A stretch of DNA of 64,000 nucleotides from Malacoraja senta. Lineage: Eukaryota. Below the pieces are notes generated by a model that was not told where the DNA came from, did not search any database, and saw nothing but the letters and a program-made list of their open reading frames with translations. The first letter of the stretch is position 1, and every line of letters starts with the position of its first letter. Both the position numbers and the translations under genes were made by a program. The stretch is from positions 16,556,001 to 16,620,000 of the forward strand of contig CM075987.1 in the NCBI GenBank assembly GCA_038087875.1. The letters run 5' to 3'. Shown here piece after piece: positions 13,158 to 26,265 of this stretch.

Positions 13158-13318
13158 CCCTGAAGGAGATCCACCAAACCCTGGGGAAATCCATGCAGTT
13201 GTACTGCTCCGGAGAATGGACCTTTGGCGAGTTGCCTGCAGGCACTGTGAACCTCGACCATTTACTGGAAGCCTCCCCATCACATCACCCTCCCCTCTCC
13301 AGAACCGAGGATTCACAG
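13158..13318 (+). CDS. SLC27A4: SLC27A4 (FATP4, long-chain fatty acid transport protein 4) coding exon equivalent to human exon 4; apparent 1-nt frameshift
   Basis: aacAG acceptor; reads (A)LKEIHQTLGKSMQLYCSGEWTFGELPAGTVNLDHLLEASPSHHP, then LQNRGFT(D) in a shifted frame; CAG|GTAC donor. Resembles FATP4 ...LFCSGSW...HLDPLL...KGFTD. Length 161 nt is not a multiple of 3 for a phase1-phase1 exon. Confidence 0.85.
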
Positions 13319-14544
13319 GTACGAACATGCTAGCTATGAAAAGCAGGAAAAGTCAACAGTTTAATTGTCATACGTAGCGATAATGGAACAATGAACTTCT
13401 TTACTTGCACCAACCTAACAGGACTGTAAATGCAATGCATGTAAAATAATATATAGTTTATTAAAACTTCAATACATTAATAGCCATAGTGCAGAAAAAC
13501 GAAGAGTTTAGTGCAACTAAAGACAGTCCAGAGAAGTTCATAGTTGCTGGGGTTAGTGTTGTGTGGCATTCAAGAGCCTGTTGGTTGCTGGGTGGAAGCT
13601 GTTCTCAATCTTGGTGGTCATGGAGCAACATGAGGGCATGGCCAGAGTGATGTGGGTCCTTGATGATATTGGCTTTCGTTTTGAGGCAGCACCTCCTGTA
13701 GATCCCTTCGATGGTGGGAGGTCAGTAACTGTGGGACTGGGCAGTGTCTATCACTCTCATTAATCTCCATCTTTATTGGGAGTTCATTGAACACTCTCAT
13801 TCATGCCAAATCCTCTCATTCTTTGAAGGAAGTGGAGACATTGATGGGCATTCATTGTGATTGCATCTGTACCGGGCCCAGGACAGATGTTGAGAGATAT
13901 GCACGCCCAGGTTGGCAGCTTGCCATACACACAATTGTGAATCCTAATCTCACAATATTTGCACCTTCCATATGATGACAATAAAATGTCCCTTTGATCT
14001 TGGGGTGAGTTTGGAGAGAAAAACATCTTTGAAATTCCTCTCTGATCCCCACCTGCAGACAATGTTTGGGGAAGGTGTCCCTCCTTAACAGCATGTGTTG
14101 TATACCTGCATCTCGAGGATTGTAGCGGTCCAAGAAAGCAGTTCACCACCACCACCTCGAGGGCAATTGGACGTGGTCTATTAACTGCTGGTTCAAGCCT
14201 GCAAGGCCCTCGTCCCTTGAATAATTCAAAAGAGAAAAAAAATCAGGGAGATCCTGCCATCCCTGAATTCCTTGTTTTACTTGGTGTTTGTGCAAGGTCT
14301 TACCAGCAGATTGGGATGATTGAGTAGACTGTTGCAGAGGTCCTCCATTCTCTGGGGAAAGAGGCATTTACCTCAACTTCTAACCTAGCACTGGCCTTAA
14401 TCAACCAAATGTGGAGGTCTCTTGCTCTTCTTGACCTAATGGAGCAATCTGTGAGTTAAGACAGTCAGCTTATTCCATTCGCCATCAGATAGTTTCTGAT
14501 GAAATGACCAAAGCTTGCACTTCTGTGAACCATAGACTCCTTAG

Positions 14545-14670
<126 letters not shown>

Positions 14671-15574
14671 TAAGGACCATGAGCCATGAACATCAATGGC
14701 CATTTACCCCATTGAACTCGCCCCATGGTGTTCCATCTCACTCAATCTAATATCCACTCCCATCTGAACATTAGTAATGTCTTAGACCCCTGTACTTAAA
14801 ATATTTCAGTGGAAAGATTTTTCTGAATTATAACACAGTTACAACACAACAGAATTCCTGACCCCAAACGTCACCTATCCAGATCTCCAGATAGGCTGCT
14901 TGGCCCGCTGAGTTACTCCCGCATTTTGTGTCTACAACAGAATTGATGTTTGGAATGACCTATCGAACAAGTTTGTGCTCCGTGTTGCTCAGTTGATTCA
15001 AAATGTTCTGGGCTTCCTTTCTTGTCTTCTCCCATTCATCCCTTCACTCTTCCTCTTCTGACAGGGAGAACAGGTGAGTCAAACCTGAGTCATTGTCAGC
15101 TGTTGGTGCTTCCATCCCCTTTCCCAGCTCTCCGGGTAATGTGCCAGTCTCACAACGGGAGGCACCTTCTCTTACGGTGAGAGAAATCTCTAACGGTTGC
15201 TGAGGAGTCAGGAGAGTGTCCTAAATGTAACTACACAAAGAGGTTTGACACACTCTGGCATGCGGAGTTACTCAGCCAACTGTTGACTTGAAGATCTGCG
15301 CCAGTTCCCACCTGCTGTTTCGTCACTTTGGGAACTGATAATAACAACACCCTTTTAATTAAACACTGCCTGTAACATAATGAAATATCTCAAAGCTTTT
15401 CAGAAGAATGTTACAAAGTCATTGAGGAACAAGCTCGTTGGTCCCCACTGACCATCAAGCACCCACGTTCGTCGTAATCCTAATATAAACCATTTATCCC
15501 ATGTTCCCATCAACTTCCCCCAGATTCTACCAACCACCCATATAGTAAGTTCATTTTACAGTTGTCAATTAATG

Positions 15575-15880
15575 GGCAGTACAGTGGTGCGGCTGTAGAG
15601 CTGCAGCCTCAGTGCCAAAGACTCGGTTCGAACCTGGCCTCTGGTGCTGTGTATGTGGAGTTTGCATGCTTTCCCTGTTACTGTGCGTGTTTTGACCGGG
15701 TACATGGGTTTCCTCCCGCATCTCAAAGACGTGCGGGTTTGTACGTTAATTGACCTCTGTAAATTGCGCCTCTTGTGTGGGATCAGTGTGGATTAGAAAG
15801 TGGGATAACATTGACCTAGTGTGAATGAGTGATCGATCAGAGGGCCTGTTTCTGTGCTGTATCTCTAAACTAAATTAAAC
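15575..15880 (+). mobile_element. tRNA-derived SINE
   Basis: GGTTCGAACC B-box, conserved core, CTAAACTAAA tail. Confidence 0.8.
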
Positions 15881-18019
15881 TTACCAACTTGCACACTTTA
15901 GGGTTATGGCAGGAAACCAGAGCACCTGGAGGAACCCCATGTGGTCACGGAGAACGTGCAAACGCCACACAGACAGCACAGCTCAAACAAAGTTTGATTC
16001 CAAGCTGCAAGCAGATACAAAGCAGGTGGCCCAGAGATCATAATCATCATAATCATAATCTATTAGCCAAGTATGTTTCGCAACATACGAGGAATTTGAT
16101 TTGCCACAGTCATACCAATAAAAAGCAACAAAACACTCAAAATACATTTTAACATAAACATCCACCACAGTGACTCCTCCACATTCCTCACTGTGATGGA
16201 AGGCGAAAGAAAACTTCATTCTCTTCCGTTCAGGAAGCTGTGTTATAAGGAGGAAGACTTGGAGTGAAGTCCAGAGCTTGGGTTTTGGTGCCAAAGGCCA
16301 TCTGTGAATGACTGAGTGGCTAAATTCAGGAATGTAAAAGGGGCAGAATTAGAGCAACACAATTTGGAGGCTAGAGAATATTGCGAAAGGGGAAAATTAG
16401 GCCATGGAGGGATTTGAAAGAAGAATAAATGCAAATTTTGAAATTAAGACATTGGTTAAGTAGGAACAATTGTTGTAAGCCAATGGTGGATGAATGGAAT
16501 GGTGAGGGTTGGAACAAAGATTTAGAAGATCCTGAATTTCATTGAGCATAGAACAAGGAAAGCCAAATGGTGTGGATGATGCTCTCAGCAGCAGGTAAGC
16601 TCAGCCAGAGATAGACACAAAACGGTCAAGACACAAAACGCCACCCATTCCTTTTCTCCAGAGATGCTGCCTGTCCCGCTGAGTTACTCCAGCTTTTTGT
16701 GTCTATCTTCTGTTTAAACCAGCATCTGCAATTCCTTCCTACACACAAGGTCAGCCAAAGATAGAATTGGGTAATTGTATGGAGGTAAAAGCTGGTGGAC
16801 TTACTAATGTGGAGAATAAATGGTCTCAAACTCATCGCCGCTTTAAACATGACCTTGCCTGTGATCAGATGTCAGGAAAAGGGATAAGGTTGATGGTGAA
16901 GGAGAACAATAAGTTAACAAAATACATTATGGCTGAATTTCCTCAGGGATTGGGGGAGGGGGTTAATGGAATCTGTTGTACCTCTTTATTTGTACAACAC
17001 TGAGTTACTGGAAAAGGGGTAAATTGAAGGAACATAAGAACAGTACAGGAACAGGCCCTTCGGCCCACATGGTCTGTGCCAACCACGAGGCTATTTTAAA
17101 CTAATCCCATCTGTCTGCTCATGGTCTCGATACCTCCATCCCCTGCCTCTTAACATTTGCTATCGTATTTGCTTCCACCACCTCTCCTACCATTGCATTC
17201 CAGGTACCAACCATGCTCTATATGAAAAAGCATGCCTCGCAAATCGCCTTTGATCCTTCTTGCTCCCACCTCAAATCTATGCCCTTCCTTATTTGACATT
17301 TGCAACCTGGGAGAAAGACTCCATCTGCCCCCGATTTGCCTCTCAACCTCAATCCCACCTGGAGCATTTAACATGGCTCCTGTCATGGAATAGGATTAGC
17401 CTCGAGGCCGCTGCACTTTAAATGGAGCTAGTTTGTGGGGAGCAGCAGATTCCACCGGACTGTTCTGCACACACAACAGCAGGACACAACGGGTTACAGG
17501 GTTATACCCGATTGTTCAGGTGCTTGAAAAAAATGAGGTGCTCCTGTTTTTACCCGTCATCTGTGGGAGCAGCTGCCCAGAGTTGCCATTCCAGGGATCA
17601 GCTGCCCGAAGTTGTGGTTCCCACACCATTTGGCACGGCCACTTGCCTTTTTATTTATAGACCTTGACATCGAGAGCCAGCAAACTGCTCACAGACAGGC
17701 ACGTCCTTAAAGCTGACACTTTCTGCAACATAACCTTTGCCTCGGAAAAGCTGCCAATATAATCAAAGAGTTGTCCCACTCCAGTCATCCCTCCTTCTCT
17801 CTGCTCCTGTTCAGCAGAAGGTAGAGAAGCTAGACAGGAAAAAAAGAGACAATGTGCTGGAGTAACTCTGCTGGTCAGGCAGTATCTGTGGATAACTTGG
17901 ACAGGTGACATTTCAGATCGGAATCCTTCCTCAGAAGACGGGTCCTGCCTCAACCGGCTGAGTTACCCCAGCGTTTGTCTATTTTGTTCTCCTTGTAACT
18001 AATAATGGGCTCATGTATT

Positions 18020-19069
18020 TAGCAATGTTACAAAATTTTGAGATTTTAAAAATAAAGTCTGCAATTTATCCCATCAGATAAAGCATAAAAATAAGTTTAA
18101 TTTGACACCTAATTCACTTTCATATCTTCAGTATTAAAAAAGTTATGGCCATTTTCATACTCGGAAATTAGCATCTTGTTCCCTATTGCTTTTCCATTGA
18201 CTTAACACAAAAGCTGTGATCGAGGACAGTCAAAAGCCCATAACTTTCTTAAAAATTAAGAGAACTGAAAGAAATTTTCAGTTATTATAGATTGAAGCAT
18301 TCTGAAACAAATATGAAACAATCTTACTTAGATGACATGAAATTAAAGCATATAATTAGTTAGTTACCTAATTGTAGCTAATTACAAAATTCAATTACTA
18401 GATCTAAACATCTATCAATTTCTTACGAATAGATTAACATTTTTAAATAGCCTAAGTGTCCAAAAAACATTCACACAAGAATTCACAATATAACATAATT
18501 TTTAAATCTCATTGTCATGAATTTACAGGCCAAATGGAAGGAATTGAATGTTTAATACCTTTAAATTAATGGGAATTTAAATCAGTTTGCGAGTGAGGTT
18601 TTCTGGAACGCGATCATTTGGAACGTTGATTTGCGGTGAATTTAACCCCGTATCGGCATGAAAAATTCTGCCGTTAGTTCGGGGAAAAGAATCACCGTTT
18701 CGCATGAAAAAAAATTAATTAAAGGCTTCTTAAGAAGCACTTTTATACATTAAAATAAACTACTTTCGTTTACCTGTCCCGTGTGTGAAATCCGTCCCCG
18801 TTGTCGGCGTTGACTGCTTCAGAAGCTGATTTTAAAATGACTCCAGCGCTGAACATTGTCGATTTAATAAAAATAAAAAATACACAAAACCCCCGTAGGA
18901 ACAATTTTTCAGCAAAAGGTTGCACTCCCAACGAAATATAATACAGGACAAGGTAGGAATAACCCGCGTTTTAACCCCGCCCCCCCCCCCCCTTAAAGGC
19001 GCCAAAATCGCGCACACGGCCAGTGGCAGAATTACAGCGCCGCTGAAGGTAAGTATTGTAACATACCTA
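18020..19069. mobile_element. Putative non-autonomous DNA transposon (~1.05 kb), hAT-like ends
   Basis: Imperfect TIR TAGCAATGTTACA / TGTAACATACCTA; flanks ATGTATT / ATGTTTT; abrupt compositional change (AT-rich half, CpG-retaining half). Confidence 0.5.
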
Positions 19070-19219
19070 ATGTTTTCTCTTCTGAGGCTGACACATAATA
19101 TGAGCGCTTGATCGTTCCCTAGTCTTGGCATGGCTGTAATGACCAACCTGGTGGGTGGAGATTATTCTGAAAGTTCTTGCATTTGAGGTTAAATGATGGG
19201 CGTAATGTTCTCTCTCCAG

Positions 19220-19311
19220 GTATTACCGGATGGCAGCTTTGGTTTACTATGGTTACCGGATGTGCGCTGATGACATTGTCTATGACTGTTTGCCTCTCTA
19301 TCACTCTGCAG
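19220..19311 (+). CDS. SLC27A4: SLC27A4 exon (92 nt)
   Basis: ccAG|G...G|GTAAT; (R)[30 protein letters not shown](G); phase-compatible with neighbouring exons. Confidence 0.97.
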
Positions 19312-19908
19312 GTAATCTGGCTGGGAGTTGTGGGCTGGATGGGCGGGCTGGCTCAGCGTACACAAATGAAATGTTTTTCAGCCATTGACCAAGCTTTGGG
19401 CTCCCACTACAGCTTTCTCTTTCTACGCCACCTCCCCATTTCCAACAGACATCACTCTCTCAATTACAAATGTTTGCCTTCAGTGGGGTAAAATCCATTG
19501 TGACAACTTGTAGTGTTTTTAACATGGATTGGTTCAGTACATTTTGATGCTGGATTCTTGAGCAAGACACAAAGTGCTGGAGGAACCCACTGTTTCCCAA
19601 CCCCAACCAGTCATGCTGTTCCATCCCCTCCGTGTGCTTTCCCCCCAGCCCCGGGTCCTCTTTCTTGTTATCCCACGGACCTCCCCGTCCATCTATATGC
19701 CTCTCTCCAGCTTTACATTCCACTCCTCTTCTCTCCGTATCTGACACCATTTTCCCAGGCTTTGTCCTGCCCCCCGTTTTCTCCCCAATTCCAATCATTC
19801 TGACAATCTGAAACATCACCTCTTGTTTGATCCCTGACCCACTGAGTTCCTCCAGCACTGTCTCTTGCTCAAGTGTGCAGTTCTGATGCTTCAACCATTA
19901 TAGACAAT

Positions 19909-20117
19909 AGACAATAGGTGCAGGAGTAGGCCATTTGGCCCTTCGAGCCAGCACCGCCATTCAGTGTGATCATGGCTGATCATCCCCAATCAGTACCCCG
20001 TTCCTACCTTTTCCCCATATCCCCTGAATCCGCTATCTTTAAGAGCCCTATCTAGCTCTCTCTTGAAAGTATCCAGAGAACCGGCCTCCACCGCCCTCTG
20101 AGGCAGAGAATTCCACA
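19909..20117 (-). mobile_element. CR1-type LINE 3' end
   Basis: (TAGACAA)n tail followed by TAGGTGCAGGAGTAGGCCATT..., matching the 3' UTR of the 49439-52500 element. Confidence 0.85.
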
Positions 20118-20264
20118 TTCTGAGCAGAGCCTAGCGTAATGCATCAGCTAATCTATTTTGACCGTATTTAATTTACCTATCCACCGATTTTGTTGGTTGG
20201 AATAAGATGGAATTCTTTGGAAACTGAATTGCAAAGTCACTCATTTGAGTGCTTTCTTTTCCAG

Positions 20265-20374
20265 GGAATATTGTGGGGATAGGTCAATGCCTTTTACATG
20301 GACTGACTGTTGTAATCAGGAAAAAATTCTCTGCCTCTCGCTTTTGGGATGACTGCATCAAGTACAGGTGCACG
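20265..20374 (+). CDS. SLC27A4: SLC27A4 exon (110 nt)
   Basis: ccAG|GG...ACG|GTGAGT; (G)[36 protein letters not shown]. Confidence 0.97.
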
Positions 20375-21121
20375 GTGAGTCAGCTGAAGAATTCATTGGT
20401 TTTCAATCTGTTACCTTCCCATTTGACCCTCGTCTAAAACAATAATTACACACACTGTAAACAGCTGTAAAAAGTATCCGCAACCATCTCTATTCTTCAG
20501 AAAGCAATCCTGGTTATTTTTTGTAATATTTCTGTCTGATCTGGAGAATCAGCTTCGTTAACAACTAAATCCCCGGAACACTGGGGATAAGGGATAATGG
20601 TAGATCCCGAAAGACTTCCTCTTAAGTACCACCCCCACCCTGGAGAATCCCCTGGTGATACTAATACCCTTCTGGGATCCCCTTTCATGTTCCGATACCC
20701 AAGAATATACAGGGCCAGTACAGTGTTCTATAGAGACTGTTATCCATATGAATAAAACTTGTGCTTTATAACATAGAACAGTACCCTGCATATCAATGTG
20801 CTGATCTAAAAGCCTCTTAAATGCCACTATCATATCTGCCTTCACCACCACCCCTGGCAGCATGTTCCAGGCACTCACCACCCTCTGTGCAAAAAAACAA
20901 ACTTGCCCCACACATCTCCCTTAAACTTTGCCCCTCTCACCTTAAACCTCTTGATATTTCCCGAAACCTAAAACACACTGACATTACCCAGGGTTTCTAG
21001 AAGAGTGTTTTCTGAAATTGATTGCTTCATTGTAATTTTACAGCAACGACTATTGTTTCAATCCCTAACTATTTAAGTTTTGCCCAAGGTCAGAGGCTGT
21101 GATGCATATTTGCTTCTGCAG

Positions 21122-21331
21122 ATTATCCAGTATATTGGGGAGATTTGCCGCTACCTCCTCAGCCAGCCCCAGCGCAGCGTGGAGAGGGAGCACTGTGTCC
21201 GCATGGCCCTGGGAAACGGCCTGCGCCCATCCATCTGGGAGGACTTCACCTCCCGCTTCCAGATCCCGCAGATAGCCGAGTTTTACGGGGCCACGGAATG
21301 CAACTGCAGCCTGGGCAACTTTGACAACAAG
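21122..21331 (+). CDS. SLC27A4: SLC27A4 exon (210 nt)
   Basis: gcAG|ATT...[77 protein letters not shown] (FYGATE motif). Confidence 0.97.
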
Positions 21332-23814
21332 GTACTGCACATGAATAGCGTCATGTCAGCAGAATGAACGCTGGCTAATTAATGTCCGCAGAACAGTATT
21401 GCACTGGAACAGGCTCTTCGTCCCACAATATCCGTGCCGAACTGAACGCCAAGTGAAACTGATCTCCATTGCCTGCACGTGCTCAATATGCTTCTACTCC
21501 CCACATATCCATGTACCCATCATAAATGCCCCTCTCATGTCTGCCTCCACCACCACCACCACTAGCAGTGTGTTCCAGGCGCTCTGCACCCTCTGTGTAA
21601 ATGTTATTAAATGATCCCGCCCATCTTCTTTAAACTTTGTCTCTCTCGCCTTTAAAGCTTTGCCTTTTTATCCTTGACGTTTACTCCCTGTAGAAAAAAA
21701 GGTACTAATTATCTACCCTATCTATTGCCTCTCATTTCCTCAACTTCCAACGTTCCAGAGAAAACAATCCAAGTTTGCCCGACCTCTCCTGATGGGTGAT
21801 CCTTTCTAAACATGGGAAACATCTTTTGCATTCTCTCCAAACCCTGCACTCCCTTTCTTAGATAGATCCAATTCATGAAACATAGAAACGTAGGTGCCGA
21901 TGTAGGCACCATGATTCAATATGATCATGGCAGAGTCCTTTTATTCTGCCCTATTTCTATGTCTTTTTCTGTCTCAAATATTCATCAACCTTTGCCTTCA
22001 AGGTTCCACTATCCCTAACCACTTCGTAAAACTAAAGATGTTTCCCCTTGCTTCCCACTTTCCTGATGGGTATTTAATACAGATGATTCTCCCATCATCA
22101 CTGACTCCCCAACAAGTACAAATAGTCTTTCCCTCACCCCAGTGGGAATGGTGCGGGAATTCCACATCTCTCTGGATATCATTGCTTCCTCAACCACCAT
22201 CGACTCCATTAGTTACTATGTTACTGTTTATGAGTGCTAGTTCCAAGTTCTTTGGCTGACATTTTCCCACTTCAATTTTAGCTAATCCTTCAATGTTAAT
22301 TTTTGCAACAATCCTATGCTTTGTCTTTTCCCACTGCTGCTCTTCTGTGCAAAGAAATACCTGGGGTTCTCCCAACTGTACTTCCACCACATAAACCTTT
22401 ACACAGAACAGCAGCCGGCCCTTCAGCCCACAATGTCTGAGCTGAACATGATACCAGGATAAAATAATTTCCTCTGCTTGCATGTAATCCATCTCCCTCC
22501 ATTCCCTGCCTGTCCACGTGCCTATCTAAATGCCTCTTAAACATGACTATTGTATCTGCCCCCACCACCACCACCCCACCGCACATTTCAGGCACCTACC
22601 ACTCTCTGTGTAGGGGGGGGGGGAAACATCTCACTTAAACTTTGTACCTCTCACTGCAGAGCTCTGCCCGCTAGTTTTTTACATTTGCACCCTGGGAGAA
22701 AAAGGCTTACTGATGCATAGCAGCTATTGAGGTTATTCCTAAACTAGTTTTGGCCTCTTATGTATTGCATCTTCTTATTGCTCAAACATAGACACCTGGG
22801 GCTTCACTTGCTTATGCTGTTAGACTTGCAAGTTCCTCCTTAAACCTCTCCACTTTCCTCCTTTTAAAACACTCGTTTAAACCTAGATCTTGGTCGTTTG
22901 AACACGCCTCCTTTTTGCTTAATGTCAGTTTTAATCTGCAATGTTTCACACAGAATTTAGAATTGTTGCTTATGTCTGTGATTTTAAACTCTTGAACAAG
23001 TGCCTGTAATGTTTGGCTGTGCTAAAGACACGAAGCAAATGCGTGTTATTGTAAATAAATGCGTCAGGCAGCCAACCTTGGCCAGACTCTGGTTCAGTTT
23101 TCTCATGATATGAAGAGGATTGGGCGTTGCCTTGAAACATTGCAACAAAATGATAAGATGCTGTATATATGTGTGAATATTTTTGTTGTTGGTGCCAACT
23201 AGAGTAATTGTTGGACTACACGAGATAATTCTCTGTAAGCACATGTTACTGGGAAATTTAGTCACAAACACATTTGAAGAGGAAACCTGAAATTTGTTGG
23301 GGAAAAAAAGATACAAAGTGTTGGAGTAACATAGCAGGTCAGGCAGCATCTTTGGAGAACATCAATAGGTGACATAATGGATCGGGACCCTTCTTTGGAC
23401 TGAATGGGTCTGAAGAAGGGTGCCGACCCAAAACAACACCTATCCATGTTCTCCAGTGATGCTGTCTGACCTGCTGAATTACTCCAGCACTTTGTGACCT
23501 TATATTGTAAACCAGCATCTGCAGTTCCTTGTTTCTCCTCTCTGAAATTTGTTAAGTTTAGGTTCATTATTGTCACATGTACTGAGGTACAGTGAAATAC
23601 TTTGTTTTGCAGGCTATGCAATCAGGTTAGATGACACTATACATGTAACATGAAATGATGACACAATAAAGTCGAGCTCAAGTACAATAGGTGGAGCAAA
23701 GGGGAAGATACAGGGTGCAGAATATAGTTCTCTGCATTGTAGCGCATCAGTTCCAGAGACAAAGTCCAATATCCACAAGAGGTGCATGGGACAGTACCTG
23801 TAGCCAGTAAACCT

Positions 23815-24370
23815 TTGGGAGCTTGTTGGCAATGAGTTGTAGGCCCCCCTCGGTCATGACTGTCCATGGGCGATGCATCCTAGTTGTTGGCTGCTTGCTC
23901 CAAACCTCGGCTAGAGCAACGTCGCTTGTGCCTGAAGAGACCAATGCGGGAGTGACAGTCTCTGTCGCAATGGTCACATTTATGTGTGGTCTCTGGTTTG
24001 TTGAAGTTGCTGCGCTACTTTCTGCGTGCCCACTTGTCTGCCACTGCGTTCAACAGTTTCTCTTCCCCCGTTTTGAGATGTTGGTTCAGGGTACCTCTCC
24101 ACCTCGTGCGGTCAGCAAGACTCCACCTTGATGTCGGGCGCATTCATATGTCTCTTGCAAGACATCCTTGTAACGTAGCTGTGGGCGGCCGATGGTTCTC
24201 CTCCCAGATGTCAGCTCTCCATAGAGGATGTCTTTTGGAATACGGCCATCCTGCATGTGGTGGACATGGCCCAGCCACCGCAGTCTGCGCTGCCTGAGTA
24301 GAGTGTACATACTGGGAAGGCCAGTGCGAGACAGGATCTCGGCGTTGGACACTCTGTCTTGCCAGGATAC
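23815..24370 (-). mobile_element. RTE-clade LINE 3' fragment
   Basis: SNAEILSRTGLPSMYTLLRQRRLRWLGHVHHMQDGRIPKDILYGELTSGRRTIGRPQLRYKDV is the typical RTE ORF C-terminal motif. Confidence 0.85.
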
Positions 24371-24399
24371 GGCGGATGCTGTTGCAATTCCAAGCCGTG

Positions 24400-24805
24400 G
24401 TCAATGGGGGTGGTTCTGGGGGTGGAGTTGGATTCATGGGAGGTGGTCTTGGAGGGGAGGATGCTCCTCAAACTGCGGAGCATCCTGGACAATACAGCTC
24501 ACCCCCTCCATGCAACTCTGGTCAACCTGAGGAGTACCTCCAGCAACAGACTGGTTCCACCAAGATGCAGCACAGAACACCACAGGAGATCCTTGTTCAA
24601 ACTGTACAACTCCTCTCCCTTCTGTTGTTTGTCCAGACTAACTCCCTTTTCCCTCCCCCCCCTCCCCAATCTTTGCACATCCCGAATCCTCGACTTTCCA
24701 CTCGTCATTTTAATTTAACTTTAATTTCATGTTACATGTATTTTGTTGTATTTATGACTGTTGGCGGCCAATTTCCCTCCGGGGATAAATAAAGTTGTAT
24801 CGTAT
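24400..24805 (+). mobile_element. Rex1/Babar-like LINE 3' fragment
   Basis: VLGVELDSWEVVLEGRMLLKLRSILDNTAHPLHATL...RLVPPRCSTEHHRRS..KLYNSS; ends GGGATAAATAAAGTTGTATCGTAT. Confidence 0.75.
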
Positions 24806-24837
24806 GTTAATCGATGTTCCTTATTTTTTCTTTGTAG

Positions 24838-24964
24838 ATTGGTGCGTGTGGTTTTAATAGCCGCATTCTTCCGTTTGTCTACCCAATTCGATTGGTTAAG
24901 GTGGATGAGGACACGATGGAGTTGATTCGAGATTCCAAAGGTGTCTGCATTCCCTGTCAACCAG
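24838..24964 (+). CDS. SLC27A4: SLC27A4 exon (127 nt)
   Basis: tgtAG|ATT...[51 protein letters not shown](G). Confidence 0.97.
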
Positions 24965-25044
24965 GTATTCCCGCAACCACTGGTAAACTGGCGACAAGCC
25001 ATTTCACATTCTCCTGGAATTAAGTCAATTTATGATTCTATCTT

Positions 25045-25335
25045 TAGTTTAGTTTAGAGATACAGCGTGGAAACAGGCCCTTCGGCCCACCGGGTCCACG
25101 GTAACACTATCCTACACACGCTAGGGACCATTTTTACATTTACCGAACCAATTAACCTACATGCCTGTACGTCTTTGGAGTGTGGGAGGAAAGCGAAGTT
25201 CTCGGAGAAAACCCCCGCAGGTCACGGGAAGAACGTACAAACTCTGTATAGACAGCACCTGTAGTCGGGATCGAACCCGGGTCTCCGGCGCTGCATTCGC
25301 TGTAAGGCTGCAACTCTACCGCTGCGCCACCGTAC
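25045..25335 (-). mobile_element. tRNA-derived SINE, relatively young
   Basis: Reverse strand ACGGTGGCGCAGCGGTAGAGTTGCAGCCTTACAGC...GGGTTCGATCCC; tail (CTAAA)n; CpGs retained. Confidence 0.85.
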
Positions 25336-25550
25336 CGCTCTACCGTCGTGCTGCCCTTTTTTGCGTTTAAAAGGAAAAATCAGTTCTGTATTATTAACTG
25401 CGAGCAGAGAGGGTTTGAGTTAGGGATCAGTTTCCAACTGCTCATCAGCCGAAGTTTGCCCGTGAATGTGCCCCGTCTATTTCCTGTTGAATTTTAAACA
25501 TTGTGGGGGTTTAGCTGTTCTGTTCTGACTCTATTCTTTTTCCCGTCTAG

Positions 25551-25688
25551 GGGAGCCGGGCCAGCTGGTGGGGCGTATTGTCCAAAATGACCCCCTCCGG
25601 AGGTTTGATGGATATGTAAACAATTCAGCGACAACGCATAAGATCGCAAACGATGTGTTCAAGAAAGGAGACATGGCCTATCTTTCAG
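25551..25688 (+). CDS. SLC27A4: SLC27A4 exon (138 nt)
   Basis: tctAG|GG...TCAG|GTAAG; (G)[45 protein letters not shown](G). Confidence 0.97.
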
Positions 25689-25964
25689 GTAAGGGGTGGA
25701 TGGAATGGGTGAATTTAATATCCAGGAACAAATCAGTTTTCAAGAGAGAGTTGGATTTGGCTCTTAGGGCTAACAGAATCAGTGGATATGGGGACAAAGC
25801 AGGAACAAGGTACAGATTTTGAATGATCAGCCATGATCATGTTGAATGGCGGTGCTGGCTCGAAGGGCCGAATGGCCTACTCCTGCACCTATTTTCTATG
25901 TTTCTATTGCCAACCCGGGAGTGAGCAGGTTGCCACTTAGTACTTCACAGTTCTCTCAACCGTT

Positions 25965-26265
25965 ACTGGGCGCAGTGGTAGAACCGCTGGCTTGCAGCGT
26001 TAGAGACCCGGGTTCGATACTGACTAGGTACTGCCTGTGTGGAGTTTGCACGTTCTCACTATGACCGTAAGGGTTTCTTCGGGGTGCTCCAGTTTCCTCC
26101 TATATCCCAAAGTGCGGGTTTGCAGGTTAATGGGTCTGCAAATTGCCCCTGGTGTGTAGGGAGTAGATGTGATCGAGAGATAACATAGAACTAATGTGAA
26201 CGGGAGATCGATGGTCAGTATGGACTCGGTGGGCCGAAGGACCTATTTTCATGCTGTTTTTTTCA
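25965..26265 (+). mobile_element. tRNA-derived SINE
   Basis: GGCGCAGTGGTAGA...GGGTTCGATAC head and family core. Confidence 0.8.
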
